From assembly GCA_000002445.1 (NCBI GenBank), contig CP000068.1, positions 1,408,001 through 1,472,000 of the forward strand: DNA of 64,000 bases, in the 5' to 3' direction. This stretch comes from Trypanosoma brucei. Its lineage: Eukaryota. A program made the position numbers and the translations under genes. Below the pieces are notes generated by a model. That model made no database searches. It had not been told where the DNA came from and saw nothing but the letters and a program-made list of their open reading frames with translations. Below are positions 35,866-48,523 of the stretch, piece by piece (the stretch's first letter is position 1; every line of letters begins with the position of its first letter).

Positions 35866-38800
35866 CATTGTGATTCCGACCACCTCATCGTGGTGCGAGG
35901 GTCTAGTACTCCGTCCAGAAGGAATCCAACTGCCCCTATCACACACTCTCCGACAGGATTGTGACGAGAAACAGGACTTCTACCACAAGAGAAGGAGAAA
36001 GTAGCAGCATCGGCACTCTGGGGTAAAGAAATATATTAGACTGCTCCTTTGCAGGTGCGAGCGTTCCTCGATTGGGATACATAGGCTTCTACTACTACTT
36101 AGTGGAGATGTATAACAGAATACCAGTCTCATGACTCTTGGAGCCCAGTGGAATGATGGAGGTCTCTCCAAAGCAACGCGGATCGCCTTAGAGAAGAAAC
36201 TCCACAAAGATATGGTAGTCTTCTGTTTATTTTAGGAGACACACTTAGAAGCAGAAAAGTGCTGTGCATTAAAAATCAAAGGATACCAACACATGGTGTC
36301 ACATTCTCTGCATGGTGGTAAGGTATTAATTCTAGTGAGAGAACGCGTGGAAATCATCTAAGGTCCGAAGAAGGAGGGACTGCCGAAAAGTTCCTCGGAA
36401 ACACTGATGTTTTCAGCCGATTTAACGTTAAATATAAAATCAGCTTACTTTCCACAGAAAAATGTCACTATATCCACGCTTGAAATCTTTGAGAGCTCAA
36501 ATAGAACACTGTTGATGGGATACGACACAAACGCACGTCATGAGTTACGGGACCTGTTATGCTCAAATGATACTGTAGGAGAATTTTTGTGGACTGGTGT
36601 CTACAAAATGATATCAAAATTGCAAATGGTGTCAACCCAACGATAAGAATGCTTCACACGGAAGCCATGCCATTTCCAGACGTTACGATGTACAGAGACT
36701 GCAAAGCCATAAGATGGGAGGCAAGTTTCAGTCCAGATAGTGACAACTACTGGATAACGTTTGAGGTGTGCATTGTGATTGGTGTAGAAACGATCGTCAT
36801 TGCAAACCCGCGAAGTGTGTTGTATGCTTGGAACAAAGCAAATTTGTGAGAGTTTAAAAAATGTGTGGCGTAACAATGTTGAAAAAATTAAGCAATTCGA
36901 AAAAAAAACGTGGATTCCATGAATGAGGCAGTGACTAAAGTCATTCGCACAGCAGCAAAGAAAACGATAACGAAATGTAAGTGAGTATTGCTACAGTTCT
37001 GGACACAAGAACTCGCCGAACTGGACACAAAAATAAGAGAGTATACAAATGAAAAGCACAGAGATGTCCTTACATAAAAGAGAAGGAAGGTTCTCACTGA
37101 AACGTCCCTACAACGGTGGAAGGAAAATGTGCCGAAGATGTCAGTGACCGATATTAAAAGTTCGAGTTTAGTTAAGTCCATTTATGCACAGAGAACACTG
37201 ACATCTCCGGTTATGGTAGTGAATGACCACCCCCTAACACGCAGACAGCAAGATAATAAGCTAGCACATATGTATAGAAACTCGCCGACGAAAGCACCAA
37301 ATGCTCCTTCCATGAGTACACCATATCGAGTGAGCGGAAAATTCGCACCAATAACGATGACATAATTTGAGATGGGACTGAGGGAAATGTCTTAAATCAC
37401 TTCCCCCTGTAAAGATGATATACATCGTAAACAACTGAGGAAATTAGGATGCCGTACCAAGTAATGTGTCCTCAAGCTTTTCAACTGTAGCCTACAGAGA
37501 CGCAGGATCCCGAAAAAGTGGAAGCATGACGTTATTGTCCCTATGCTCAAACCCAACAAACCGGCCAAGTGTATGTCATCGTTCCGGCCCATCACACTCA
37601 AAAGCACCCTCTGTAAACTCATGAAGAGGAATGTAGCGTGACGCATACAAGACACAGTAGAGTGTAAGCTACAACCAAAGCAAACTGATTTTCGTCCGGG
37701 GAAGTCTATATTAGACGTCACCATGAAACGCACAGACTCCATGACTCATAGAGTAGCAGGAGAAAAAACTGCTACGGTATTCATTTATTATGCTAGGGCA
37801 TTTGACTCTGTGGATCACATGTGCATAATGGATGCATTAAAAAGATATGAGGTGAACATGCGCCTCATTGCATGGGTTGCTAATTTTCTGTAGCGAAGGA
37901 CTGCAGTAGCATTAATAAACAACACCCCCTCAAAGAAAATACAGCTCACGTGTGGTGTTGTACAAGGTTCCGTGTTGTGGCCGTTGCTTTTTATTATCGC
38001 AATAGAGTTCCTCAGCGCGAAATTAAATGCCATACCAGCCTTTCAACACTGCTTACTCACAGACGACCTCACGATAGTGTCTTCTAACACTGACATGGAA
38101 GCTATTCGGTAGACGATACAAACAGGATTGGATTGTATAGTGAGCTGGTCAGCAGAGCGCTATATGAAGGTGTCTGCAGAAAAAACGCAATAGACGTTCT
38201 TTGTGGTGAGAGACAGAGACTAATTACACCTAATGGTGGGAGAGTACAGATTACATTAGAAGAGATATCTCAGACTCCTTGGGATGACAATGTAGCCACA
38301 CAAGGATGTAAACAAACATGCTCACACCCTACAAACAGCAGAAAATATGAGATTAATGAAACTAAGTGCTGTTGCATCACCTGAATAGGAGGATAGTAAA
38401 GAAAGCATCCGAGCATTTTACTTAGCCTTAATCCAGGCGAAATTATGCTATGGTACCGCTGCATGCTGGCTCAATGATTCTCCATCATACAAAAAAAAGC
38501 TTGACCGAGTACATGCGCAGAAGGAACATGTTATCGCGAGCATTCCAAAGTACGCGAATCGGGAAGATGCCATGAATGAGGCCCGCCTTCACAAGATAGA
38601 TGATGTTGCTTACAGACGAGCAATAGAATACTATTTAACAAGGAAAGCGAACGGTAAGGCAACGGTCTATACAGTGGAAAAAATGTTCTCACACAGTCAT
38701 CCGATACACACGCGTGTGTTGAGTGTGCCATACTTGTATGAGAAAGTAGATGGATCGGAGACGCCACACACGGCAAACGTATTGCAACTGGAGAGGAGAC

Positions 38801-41553
38801 TATACTTCAACACCGCAACGCCAGGTGGTCTCCATTCTGACTCTTCAGACAGCGATAAAAAAGACACATAATGCAAAGTGTACGCAGATTCAAAGACTAC
38901 GATTACCAAGTGTGTACGGATGGGTGGGTGGGACTGAATAAATCCTCTGGTGCCGGCGCGATAATATACCCTAGACAAGGTAATGTGGTAAAAGTGAAGA
39001 AAGGAGCAGACAGGTTAGTGTACAGCTACAGAGGCGAGTGTGCAACCATGGAGGGAGGACTTATGAAACTTAAGTCAGTAATAATGATCAAAGAGAGTAG
39101 AAAAATGAAAGTGGAAATATTCGCAGACTTGTTGCCTTTATTAATGGCACTTAAAACGGGTCTTACAGTAGTGAAAGATTCCATACTGTGATGCATATGG
39201 AATTTGATCATACACTTCATGAAACTGAGAGTAGCCATGTCACTTCAGTTTGAGTTTTTTCATTCCCATATCCCGAGAAATAACAAAGTGAACGAGGTCG
39301 TAAACAAAGGAAACCACATGCCGCAAACCTAACCCTGCATTAATCACCGACATTTTAAGATGTATAATGCGCCAATTACGTAATCAGGCACAGCGGAACA
39401 TTGCGGAAGGCCGGCACCAAAACACACACCGCAGTGCTTTACTTAACCACATGAAACCAACATCCAAAAAGAAAGGATGCTGATAGGGAAGATGAGTCAC
39501 TGTTAGCTCAATTTAGAACAGGGACTTCAAAACATTTTGGGTTGCTGTATAAGGTGATCACATGAAAAGTGGACGAACTGGAGTGTAGATGGTGTGCAAA
39601 CCATACGGATAACATTCTCAAGAATATCACTGCATTACTCAAAACACTGCAAAGATGTAATAAAATGAGGAAGGAAAGGTGGTAATAGCTACAAGACAGA
39701 ATGACCCTGTCATATGCTCAGTTTGCAACATAATGTGTGAGAGATGACAAGCTGGAGATATTCACATGTTAAAAATACATCAGGTGGTTTGTGAAAATGC
39801 ACTTCCTGGATTAAAGATTGCGCCAATAGCAGCACAGGCGTATTCTGGCGTCTATCAGTGTCACTTATGTGGTAACGTATTCGAACGAAAGGGGACTACT
39901 GCAACAACATATGCTACAACACCTTCTCACAACTCCAGTAGTATGGAAAGAGCGACAAAAGAGGAAACGAGAAGAAAAAGAACAATGTATAACAACTGTA
40001 CACAAGTGTCAATGACGCCCCAAGCAGTATGCCACGTATAGCTTGTTGACAAGGCATATGTGTCAGAAACATCCTGAAAAGCAAACCGACGTGACACAAC
40101 AAACGGAAATACAAGATGTGAGTAGCGAAGATGAACAGGAGAAAGGAAAAGAAGCATACGAATGTCTCCGCTGCAAACAGGCGTATAAAAGGAAAACATG
40201 GCTTCACCAAACATAAGTGTAATCCTAAGCAGGGTAAAGGGAAACCAAGCGCACAACTACAGCACGTGCTGCCGGAGAGAGAAACATGTAAGATATGCGG
40301 TAAAGAGTACCGTCACAGCTGGATGTTGAGCCATATGAATACAAAACACCACGGGCATGATATCTCACTCAGACCCAAAGTCGATAAATATAAGAAAAGT
40401 AACGAATGAGATATCAAATTTGTAAGCAAAGGAAAACACTGGTGGAGATAATAAAAATAAAGATGACAATATGCCAAAACTTTATGTTGTGACAAATGCA
40501 AGAGGGGTTTCAAAAGCAAGGCATGTCTAACACGCCACAAGTGCGTGAGCATCGAAAATGCGGACCCAAAATGTCAATTTTGTGAACAACCCCCATAGTG
40601 CAATTACACAACCAGAAAACACTAACAAAAATAGATCGAATGTCAGCACCATAGATAGAGCACTCCCAAACTCAGACTCGTCACACAGAAAAAACTTGAT
40701 TTCCACGACAAGAAAGAGAAAAAGAAGAGACCGAGAATGACACTCCAGAAGGTATTAGAAAAATGTTCGATCAGAGAGAGGAGCTCAAACACAAAAGGCA
40801 GAAGGGCAAACAAAGAACCATCGTAGAGAGTTTGCATGTAAAAGGTGTGAGAACACCTGCGTGTCCTGGTGCACCCTAGCATGGAATACCAGAACACACC
40901 ACAAAAATGCAATCACTGTAAAGAGGAAGCGCGAAGAACGATCCCTTGAAATCACACCACAGACCTCTCTCGAGCACCAATGTTCACACTGCTTGAAGGT
41001 ATTTGCACACAATCAATATCTCACAATGCACCTCCAAGCAGCACATGGGCAGACACGTAACACTGATAGGCGAAATGAGCTAAAAGGAAAATGCAAAGAA
41101 ACATCGGCTCACCTATTACAGTCTCCCGCTTTGAGTAAGCTCATGTCAGAGCATAGAGTAGACAGTCTGAAAGAGGATTACTTATACTTTAGTGTTAAGC
41201 TGACGAACTTCCCAAAAGCATTCTTCTCTCCGACTGCAAATTCGGCTTCCACCATAGAAGCGAAGAAATTGATAACCCGACCGCGAGTAAATAGTGATAA
41301 AGGTTACCATCATGTTAAATATTCACTGACTACATGCGACACACTCGGATGAGAACCAGTGAGATTTTCCCCAAATAATGGACAACAATATCCAAAGAGG
41401 GCTTCCTCAACAAGACACCATTAGCCAGGCCCCACAGGAGGAAGCGAGTGGCGGATCGTGAAGATGGAAAACATATCAGCGAAGGATGTTGCCACAAGGA
41501 AAGTTTATATTGATCGATTGAGGCGCATGCAAGTTAATTTACAATGATAAAAA
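35866..41553 (+). mobile_element. Degenerate ingi/L1Tc-related retroelement (DIRE-like), copy B, inverted relative to copy A
   Basis: 5' end tgattccgaccacctcatcgtggtgcgagggtctagtac is homologous to the ingi 5' end. It is collinear with copy A without indels over >4 kb (x_A + x_B = 47899). ORFs 38871-39191, 38572-38871, 38133-38384, 37815-38033 and 40313-40552 are 100% identical in protein to their copy A counterparts. RT motifs in plus frame at ~37680-38060 (FDSVDH, GVVQGSVLWP, LTDDLT). Ends ...caatg followed by a short poly(A) ataaaaa at ~41546-41553. Confidence 0.75.
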
Positions 41554-41759
41554 TTTTAGATTTTTTATATATTTTAAAATTTTCAAAATTTTCAACAATT
41601 GACTCGTTATGAAACAATGTAAAAGCATATAAAGTTTCAGAAATTTCATAATATTCCACCAAAATAAAAAGTATTTTAGAAATTTCATAAAATTTATATA
41701 AATTCTTTATAATCCTCAAAGTCCGCAAAATACTAAACTTATAAAAGCAGTAGCCATAC

Positions 41760-43314
41760 TTAGAGCAAATTTCTTATTGATAAGGGAACTGGAATCTTTG
41801 TAATTCTATCCTTCCCATTTGCAATTCGGAGATTTGCAGTCATCCATTTTCTTATCCTTGCATTTCTATGTTGTTGTTTCGGTTCCACAAGTTTGAGTTT
41901 TTGTTTCAGGGACACCATTTGCTGTGGATTTGGTTGCGTTAAACTTGCACTTTTTATCCTCTTCAGTTTCGGTACTGTTATAACTACAGAAAGGTTTGTC
42001 GTTGCATTCGTTTGCATCCTTTATTTTATTGCATTCAGTTTCCCCTAAGTTGTTGTTGCTCGCCGACAACCGGGCTACAGTCAGCTCCTTTCTTAGTTTG
42101 CTTATAAGCTCCGCTGCTTCCTTCTCGCAAAAAGCCAGGATCGCCGCCAGCTGCCCTGGCTCCGTTACAGCTCGTAGCTCTGTTTCGTCGCCGTTGTTAA
42201 TTATTTTCATTGTCAATTTGTAACTATAGACTTCGTGGAGAAAGGCTTGAATTTTGTCTTTTACTGGTTCTTTGAACGCCTTCTTGACTTTGTCGTCTAG
42301 CTTCAGGTTTGCTTTGTCGGTTGTGGCGTGGATGAGGTGTAAAACGGCTTCTTGGAGGTCCGGCGTCGCTTCAGATACCGTGGTGTTGTCGTTTTTGGCG
42401 GGGTTTTCTGTTTAAAGTGCTTCAATGGCGTTATAGAGGTCGTTCCATACCTTCGCGTCGCCTGTTGTTTGTGCCTTTGCCGTCCCCAACCCCAGTATTG
42501 TTAGGGCATTGTTCGCCTGCGAGACACTGATGAGGTTCATGGCGAGTTTCGCTGGCTGTGTTAGGGCTCCGTCTTTTGCTAGTCCGTTTGCGTTTTGAGC
42601 GTTGAAAAGCACGCAGTCCTTGCTCGCTTGTGTTTGGTGTTCGTTGGCGCTGGCCGCCTCAAGCATGTTTGTGAAACCGCTGGCGTCCGTTAAGTCGAGG
42701 TTATAGTCTCCGGTTACGTCTATGTTTGGCGTTACTGCGCAACTTGTGCCGCCTGCTCCTTGTAGTTTGGTTGCGTGGCAGTAGCCGCTGTTAGCTTGGT
42801 CGAGGAGGCAGCCTTTTCCGCCGTTTACAGTGTGCGTCGCAATCGTCAAAAATTCGGTCAGTCTGCCTTGGAAGTATTCAGCGGCGCTGCTTGCTTTAAT
42901 GGCAGTTTCAATGGCGACACTTGTTAAATTGTTTAGCGTTTTTTCTGCTTTTGTGGCAAAAAATACTTGCAGTATCCGGGCTTGCCGGGCTTTATCCGCG
43001 TCCGCTGTTTTCATTGCAAAGATGGCGCAACGTGTTGCTGTTTTGCTTAGCCGCTGAGCTAGTTTTGTGGTTTCTTTTAGCTTTGTGGCCGCTGCTTTAG
43101 GCACCTGGCCTAGTTTGTCCGCAAGGCCGCATATTTTTGTCCAGGAGCCGTGAACCATGCCGTCGCCTGCAGCCGGGGATGCCTTCTGAGAATTTACTAT
43201 CATTATGAGCAAGGCTTGAGCGAATGCTGCTACCGCCTTCATTCTTTTCTTTGTTTGGCAGAGCTTTGACAAAACTATCGGTTTGTGGTATTTTTTTAAG
43301 TACAATTCTGCCAC
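41760..43314 (-). pseudogene. VSG: VSG pseudogene (frameshifted)
   Basis: N-domain ORF 42412-43314 with signal peptide MKAVAAFAQALLIMIVNSQKA. C-domain 41866-42216. A GPI-tail region at 41760-41870 is in another frame (PVPLSIRNLL). Confidence 0.75.
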
Positions 43315-43466
43315 AGATATGATCAGTTTGATTGAAAGTCCGACAGTCTGGTTTGTCTCTCCTTGATGTATAGCATGGTTTTACTACTTTACAAAATTTA
43401 TTGCTTTGGCTGTCGCTGCGGGGGAGCGAACAGCTTTAAGGTTAATGATTAGGTACATTTTTTTTT

Positions 43467-43805
43467 TCAATCGCTTGTTGCTTCTTTCCACTGAACAAAC
43501 AAGTTAAAGTGAATTACGTTTGGAACTGTAAGAGATTTATCTACAACCGCTATGTCCAATCGAACTGCTTTCCGCACTCTCACGTCTCCTTTAAGCACGC
43601 CGAATGTAACAAAGTTTAGTCTGGCGTAAAAAGTCGTTTCTCCATTTCTTGCCTGTGGTTGTTGGTGCATATATCCGTCGGTTTTGTCCAGGCAGTCGCT
43701 TAGTCCAGTGTCATTTTCTAGAGCTTGGTGTTTACACCTATTTATCCCACTTACCTCACTTCCAAAAAACGAATTTTGGAACAGTTCGTCTTCGATTTTC
43801 GTCAT
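43467..43805 (-). CDS. Hypothetical ORF (112 aa) in VSG upstream region; may be non-coding
   Basis: ORF only. No recognisable domains and no paralogue in this window. Confidence 0.15.
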   Translation of the reverse strand: MTKIEDELFQNSFFGSEVSGINRCKHQALENDTGLSDCLDKTDGYMHQQPQARNGETTFYARLNFVTFGVLKGDVRVRKAVRLDIAVVDKSLTVPNVIHFNLFVQWKEATSD

Positions 43806-45084
43806 TGTTCTACATGGTTAACGACTTATTTTATTTATTTTATGTCCTACTTGCTTACCTTTAGTTTCTCCTCCATAACTTCACCGCCCCACGTTTTGGA
43901 GGGTGTGCAGGTATCTTAGCTTGTTTCTGGAGGTTTGCAAAGAAAGCGCTGAGTAAGGCACAGAATCTCCATTTTTCTTCTATCCTGTACTACTATACAC
44001 CTATATCTACAACATTTATTATGTATTGGTTTCACTGCACTCTATAATTTGTTTGCTTACAGCTACCGTTCAGCTTCTGATTAACAATGTAACGTTAGTG
44101 TTACTGACGTACAATGTCGATATTTTTTTCTTCCTGCAATCAATTTGTGTCGTTTTCTAGAAATTCTGGTTTCCATTGTTTAATTACGGTCCATAAAGTT
44201 ATTTCGTTGCCGCTTCTTCTGTGTTAATCCATGCTGTTAGCTATAAATAAGAGACACATCCTATTTTAATTGCTTGTGCTCTTTAAACGGCTTTGACGTC
44301 TCGCCAATACAGAAATACGGGAATGGAAGAATATCACCAGTGACTCTCTCTACTTCATAGAGTTCTTCAATTGCCTCATCTATGTTATATCTAAATCAAC
44401 TTCCTCGCTGTTTATGCTTCTTTTTATATCGCTGGTAACATAATAGCAGTCCAAATTTTAAAATAATCCTCGCAATAATATTATAAATATTTTTACAGAT
44501 GCTAGCACTATTTACTTTGTTTGATAAAAAATACATTGACATAACTTCAACTGTAAACAATACCGTTCCAATACAGCTGCTTCTTATGGGTTTTCTGCAA
44601 ATCTAGATATTAGAATTCACAATTAAATTAAAAACTACATTTACTATTGCTATCTCTTCCATAGCATATATATTCACTTTTAGTATAATAAGTGGCATTA
44701 TCTGTTACTGTTTCATGTTATTTTGTGTTACGACGTCTTGTGGCCTATCTTTTCATTACATATTTATCATTTTTTTATTTTTTTCTCTCCATTCTTCCGC
44801 AGATGACGTAGAAATTCAATTTGGCTACTAAAGAGGACTCTTTCTATTCCTCATTGTCCTCTTTCTCATTGCATTGCGCATGACGGTGACCATTTTCATG
44901 TTTGTGATTGAAACTTGAAATCTTCAAAATTTCTTCGCTTTATGTTTCTCCTTCTGCGTTCCATTTTATAATATAACTTTTCTTTGATGTTTTGTTTAAT
45001 TAAACCCCCACTTACTTACTTCAATTTCACCCTTGTCGTTGCCTTCAGTTTTTCTATTTGTCTACTAATTCAGTTACCAAAATT

Positions 45085-45160
45085 TTGTTATTATAATATT
45101 CGTATATACACACTCACAAAACTCTCCTATCATTAGCATTACTATTATAATATTACAATA
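45085..45160. repeat. 70-bp repeat unit
   Basis: tgttattataatattcgtatatacacactcacaaaactctcctatcattagcattactattataata. Confidence 0.85.
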
Positions 45161-45434
45161 ACTAATGTTTATAAATAACCAAAATAAGAAGATAAACCAA
45201 GATGGAAAAATTTTAGAATAGCACTCATTTTCATACCATATTACCGTGCTGCTCTACACCGATAAGTTACTTTCATGCCAAAATGTAGTTCTTAATCTAT
45301 TCAAAATTTCACTAATTTTCACATTTTCATCAAAGGGTCTTAAGTTGTATCAAATTTTAGGAAAATTTAGCAAATTATCTCAAAGTATAAAATTTGATAC
45401 AGTTGGGTAAAAATCTTTAAAAAATTCAAAATCA

Positions 45435-46940
45435 TTAAAATCCTACAAAGCTTATAAATGCAGCAGCCATACTCAGGGCTAAATTCTTACTGACCAGAAA
45501 ACTGGAATCCTGAAACTTGCCTTCAATCCAGCCGCAAACTGCCTTCCTTCTGTGTGGAATATCGCCAATCACAGCTTCACAGTCTGTCTGGTTCTGAAAG
45601 CTGCTGCACACAGGTTTGGCAGTATTACCCCCGTCCTTGCTTTCTCCTGTTTTGTCTGCTGCATCTGATTTGACGTCTGATTCGGGTGCTGTTTTTGTTG
45701 CTGCTTCTGCTGGCTTTTGGTAACGCTTGCTGCTAAAGAAAGAAAAGGCCAGCCCCGCTTCTGGTGTGTTTGCAATCTGTTCTATATTTTTGGTTTCCGC
45801 CTTGCCAGCCACTTTGTACGTCACTTTGGGATGCGTTAATGTTTTTAAAAAGTTTTCTGTGAGTGGTTTGCTGTCATTTCCGAATATATCTGCGACGCGT
45901 TTTTGTAGTTTTTTCTTGTCTTCTTGTTTTTCTGGGTCTAGGATGCCTGGGGGATAAATTAAAAGTTGCGCTGCTATTTTAAGCATGCCTGGATCTTCAG
46001 CAAGCTCCTTGGGGCTAGATGTCGAGACCGCTGTTGGTTGCGCCGGCTACACGGTTCTGGCGTTGCACAACGCTGCTGTTAGGTTGTCGAGAAAGCCATC
46101 TTTTTTGTCTTGCAATTTGGGTTTTGTAGCGCAGGTCGTTCCGCCTGCTGTTCCGTCGAATAAACTCGTCGCTGTGTATTCCTTGTCGTCGTCAAATTTG
46201 AGGTCCGCGCCGATGCCGTTGACTACGCTTTTTCTTGGCTGCGCGCCTGTTGCGCAGTCTTTTGCTGTATTTTGCGTCATGCTGGCAGTGTTGCCGTCGC
46301 CCGCCGCTAGCGCTATAATGGTTGGCGTCCTGTGCGTGAAGAATGTGTCTGGTGCCGCTTTGATTTGTTTAGCTGTCCTTAGTTGTTGGCTTTCCAGCTT
46401 TAGCGCCGGCGTTCGGTCCTCTGTGCTGTCGCATTCACTTCCTCGGCTTGGGGGCTGGTTTAAAGTTATTGTGCATTTTCCTGTGCTTGTCCCACCAGTT
46501 AGCGTTCAGTCATTGTGCGCGAATGTTACAGACTTTTTGGCTGGTTCGCTTTTCCGTCGCATCTTCAACGCAGCTGCTATAAGATCTAACCTGACCGACA
46601 ACTGTTTTAGCGCCTCCCTGCTTGCTACAATTTTTTGCCTGTTTGCCTCCTGTGCTCTGGCTGTCTTGGCTTTGGCGAGTCGCTCCAGCGCGAGGTATCC
46701 TTTTTCTTTGGCGCCGTCGTCGACGGCGGCCACTGCTAGCGCGTATTTTTCACTTTCGGCGCTCATGGCGTCTGTTGCTTTTTGTGCCGCTATTATGTTT
46801 CCTTCAAAGTGCTGTTTTAGTTGCGCCATGTAAACTTTTTCGGTGCAAATGTCAGTTACCGCTGTAAAAGCTGATTGTTCATCTTGGGCGCCGCAGACTA
46901 CTGCAATGAGCATTGTCGCAAACGCCGCCCTGGTACACAT
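45435..46940 (-). pseudogene. VSG: VSG pseudogene (frameshifted)
   Basis: N-domain 46506-46940 (MCTRAAFATMLIAVVCGAQD). Middle fragment 46047-46280. C-domain with GPI tail 45435-45986 (...DSSFLVSKNLALSMAAAFISFVGF). Confidence 0.75.
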
Positions 46941-48159
46941 TGAAGGCTGGTGGATAGCCGTATAGCTTTGGCTAGTTTTTTCTACCTTTTTTTATTACTC
47001 AGTTCCGGTGGCCTAAAATACACAAGTTTTGACGGCATTCGGTTCATTAATACTTGCAGTATCTAGGACGTTGTCTTTTAGAAGTTGTTGTGGTCGCCGG
47101 CTTTGGCGAGTTTGCATCATTTAATCTGATAACGCTGTTGTTTTAAGCATTCGCCATGTTGTATTTGTCAGCCGGTTGGGGTCCCTGTTCAAATTTTCTG
47201 TGAGTGAAATACTTAAAATGCTACATCTGCGCTTGTTCTGGAATGCTCTCGCTTCATAAAGCAAGGAAGGCGCTCTTTGTGCCTCCATTGTGGGCTGTAC
47301 ATTGTCATTTAGATGTCTGATAATCCAAATTAGCATCCATTTAAAATACGCTAATTTACCTTTAATGTGGGGTATAAATTTTCCGTTGGTTTAGTGTCAT
47401 TTATTCCTTTCTTATTTGTTTATTCAACTTTTTTACAACTCTATATATCTAAAATATTTAGAATTTACAGTCCTCACTATATTATATCATTTGTAAATCT
47501 CCTGTTCTTGTTTTAACTTGAAATAACCTGGAAAGTTGTTGTTTCTCCTGTGTATGACTCCTCTGCTTGTTCTTTCTATTATTTTGTGCGCTTGTATCTC
47601 GGTGGCGGTAAATACTGGGTCATATCGTCGGTTAAAGCTCTTTTTTCTGCTTTTTCTCTTCTTATCCGCGCTGATAATTGTGGTTCTGAGATTCACTTTA
47701 TATGAATCACAAATTCTTGAAACAGCATTAGTGTCTGACCAGTACACTAATAAGAAAATAGTGCAATATCTTTTCTGCCTTCGCGCTAGTCACAAACATT
47801 CTCTTCCGCGTTACATTCGCGATTATTTATTCTTTTCGTCCTTTTCTTTACTAAAGCGTTTGTCGACATCTTCTTCTGCTTGTTATTACAGCAAAAACAT
47901 ATAAACTCCACTTTTTACGTACATTGGGCTCCATCCCCCATCATTGTTCACTAAATCACTTACTCATTCATACACACGTCATCATATTTGTGTTGGCGCA
48001 TGTGCATCTTCAAATCGTCTTCCTCTGCCCTATTTCCTCTATTAATATTCCTTCTTATTTCTCATCTCCTTTCACTTATTCACTCACTTAGCATAATTGT
48101 ATCCTTTCCACTATTTTAACTGCTTATATTTGTACAGTGTACTTTTCTTTACCATAAAC

Positions 48160-48295
48160 TTTATAATAATATTAGACTATACACACTCACACCACACCCT
48201 CCTATTATTATTATTATCATAATCATCATCATTATTATTTTTATTACTGCTCTTATTCTTATATTCGTATATACACACTCACAATACTCCCCTGC
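48160..48295. repeat. 70-bp repeat units (2)
   Basis: ...attagactatacacactcacaccacaccctcctattattattattatc... and ctgctcttattcttatattcgtatatacacactcacaatact. Confidence 0.85.
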
Positions 48296-48456
48296 CTTTA
48301 TTACAATCCATAAAATAAACACAATATGAAGACTTTCATAATGAAACTATCTTTTTAACCATATTACCCTGTTATATTACACCCACAGTCCACTTTCGTA
48401 AAAAATTTCGTATCTTCATTTTCTTTTTTAACAATTTGAAGGTTTTTATCGAAAAG

Positions 48457-48472
48457 TGTTAAAATACATTAA
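48457..48472 (-). promoter_or_regulatory. VSG 3'UTR 16-mer (2 mismatches)
   Basis: gtgttaaaatacatta downstream of VSG 48524-50050. Confidence 0.65.
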
Positions 48473-48523
48473 ATTGTTTCTAAATTTTATGAAATTTATA
48501 AAAATATCTATTTTGAAAGAAAT

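Noticed and set aside
45985..46833. Long plus-strand ORFs antisense to VSGs (e.g. 45985-46833 282 aa, 716-1081, 12155-12553, 16549-17007, 52657-53178, 63249-63593)
   Set aside because: They overlap minus-strand VSG coding sequence. They are low-complexity A/S/L/V/C-rich and lack a start context. They are open frames typical of the GT-rich antisense strand of VSGs.
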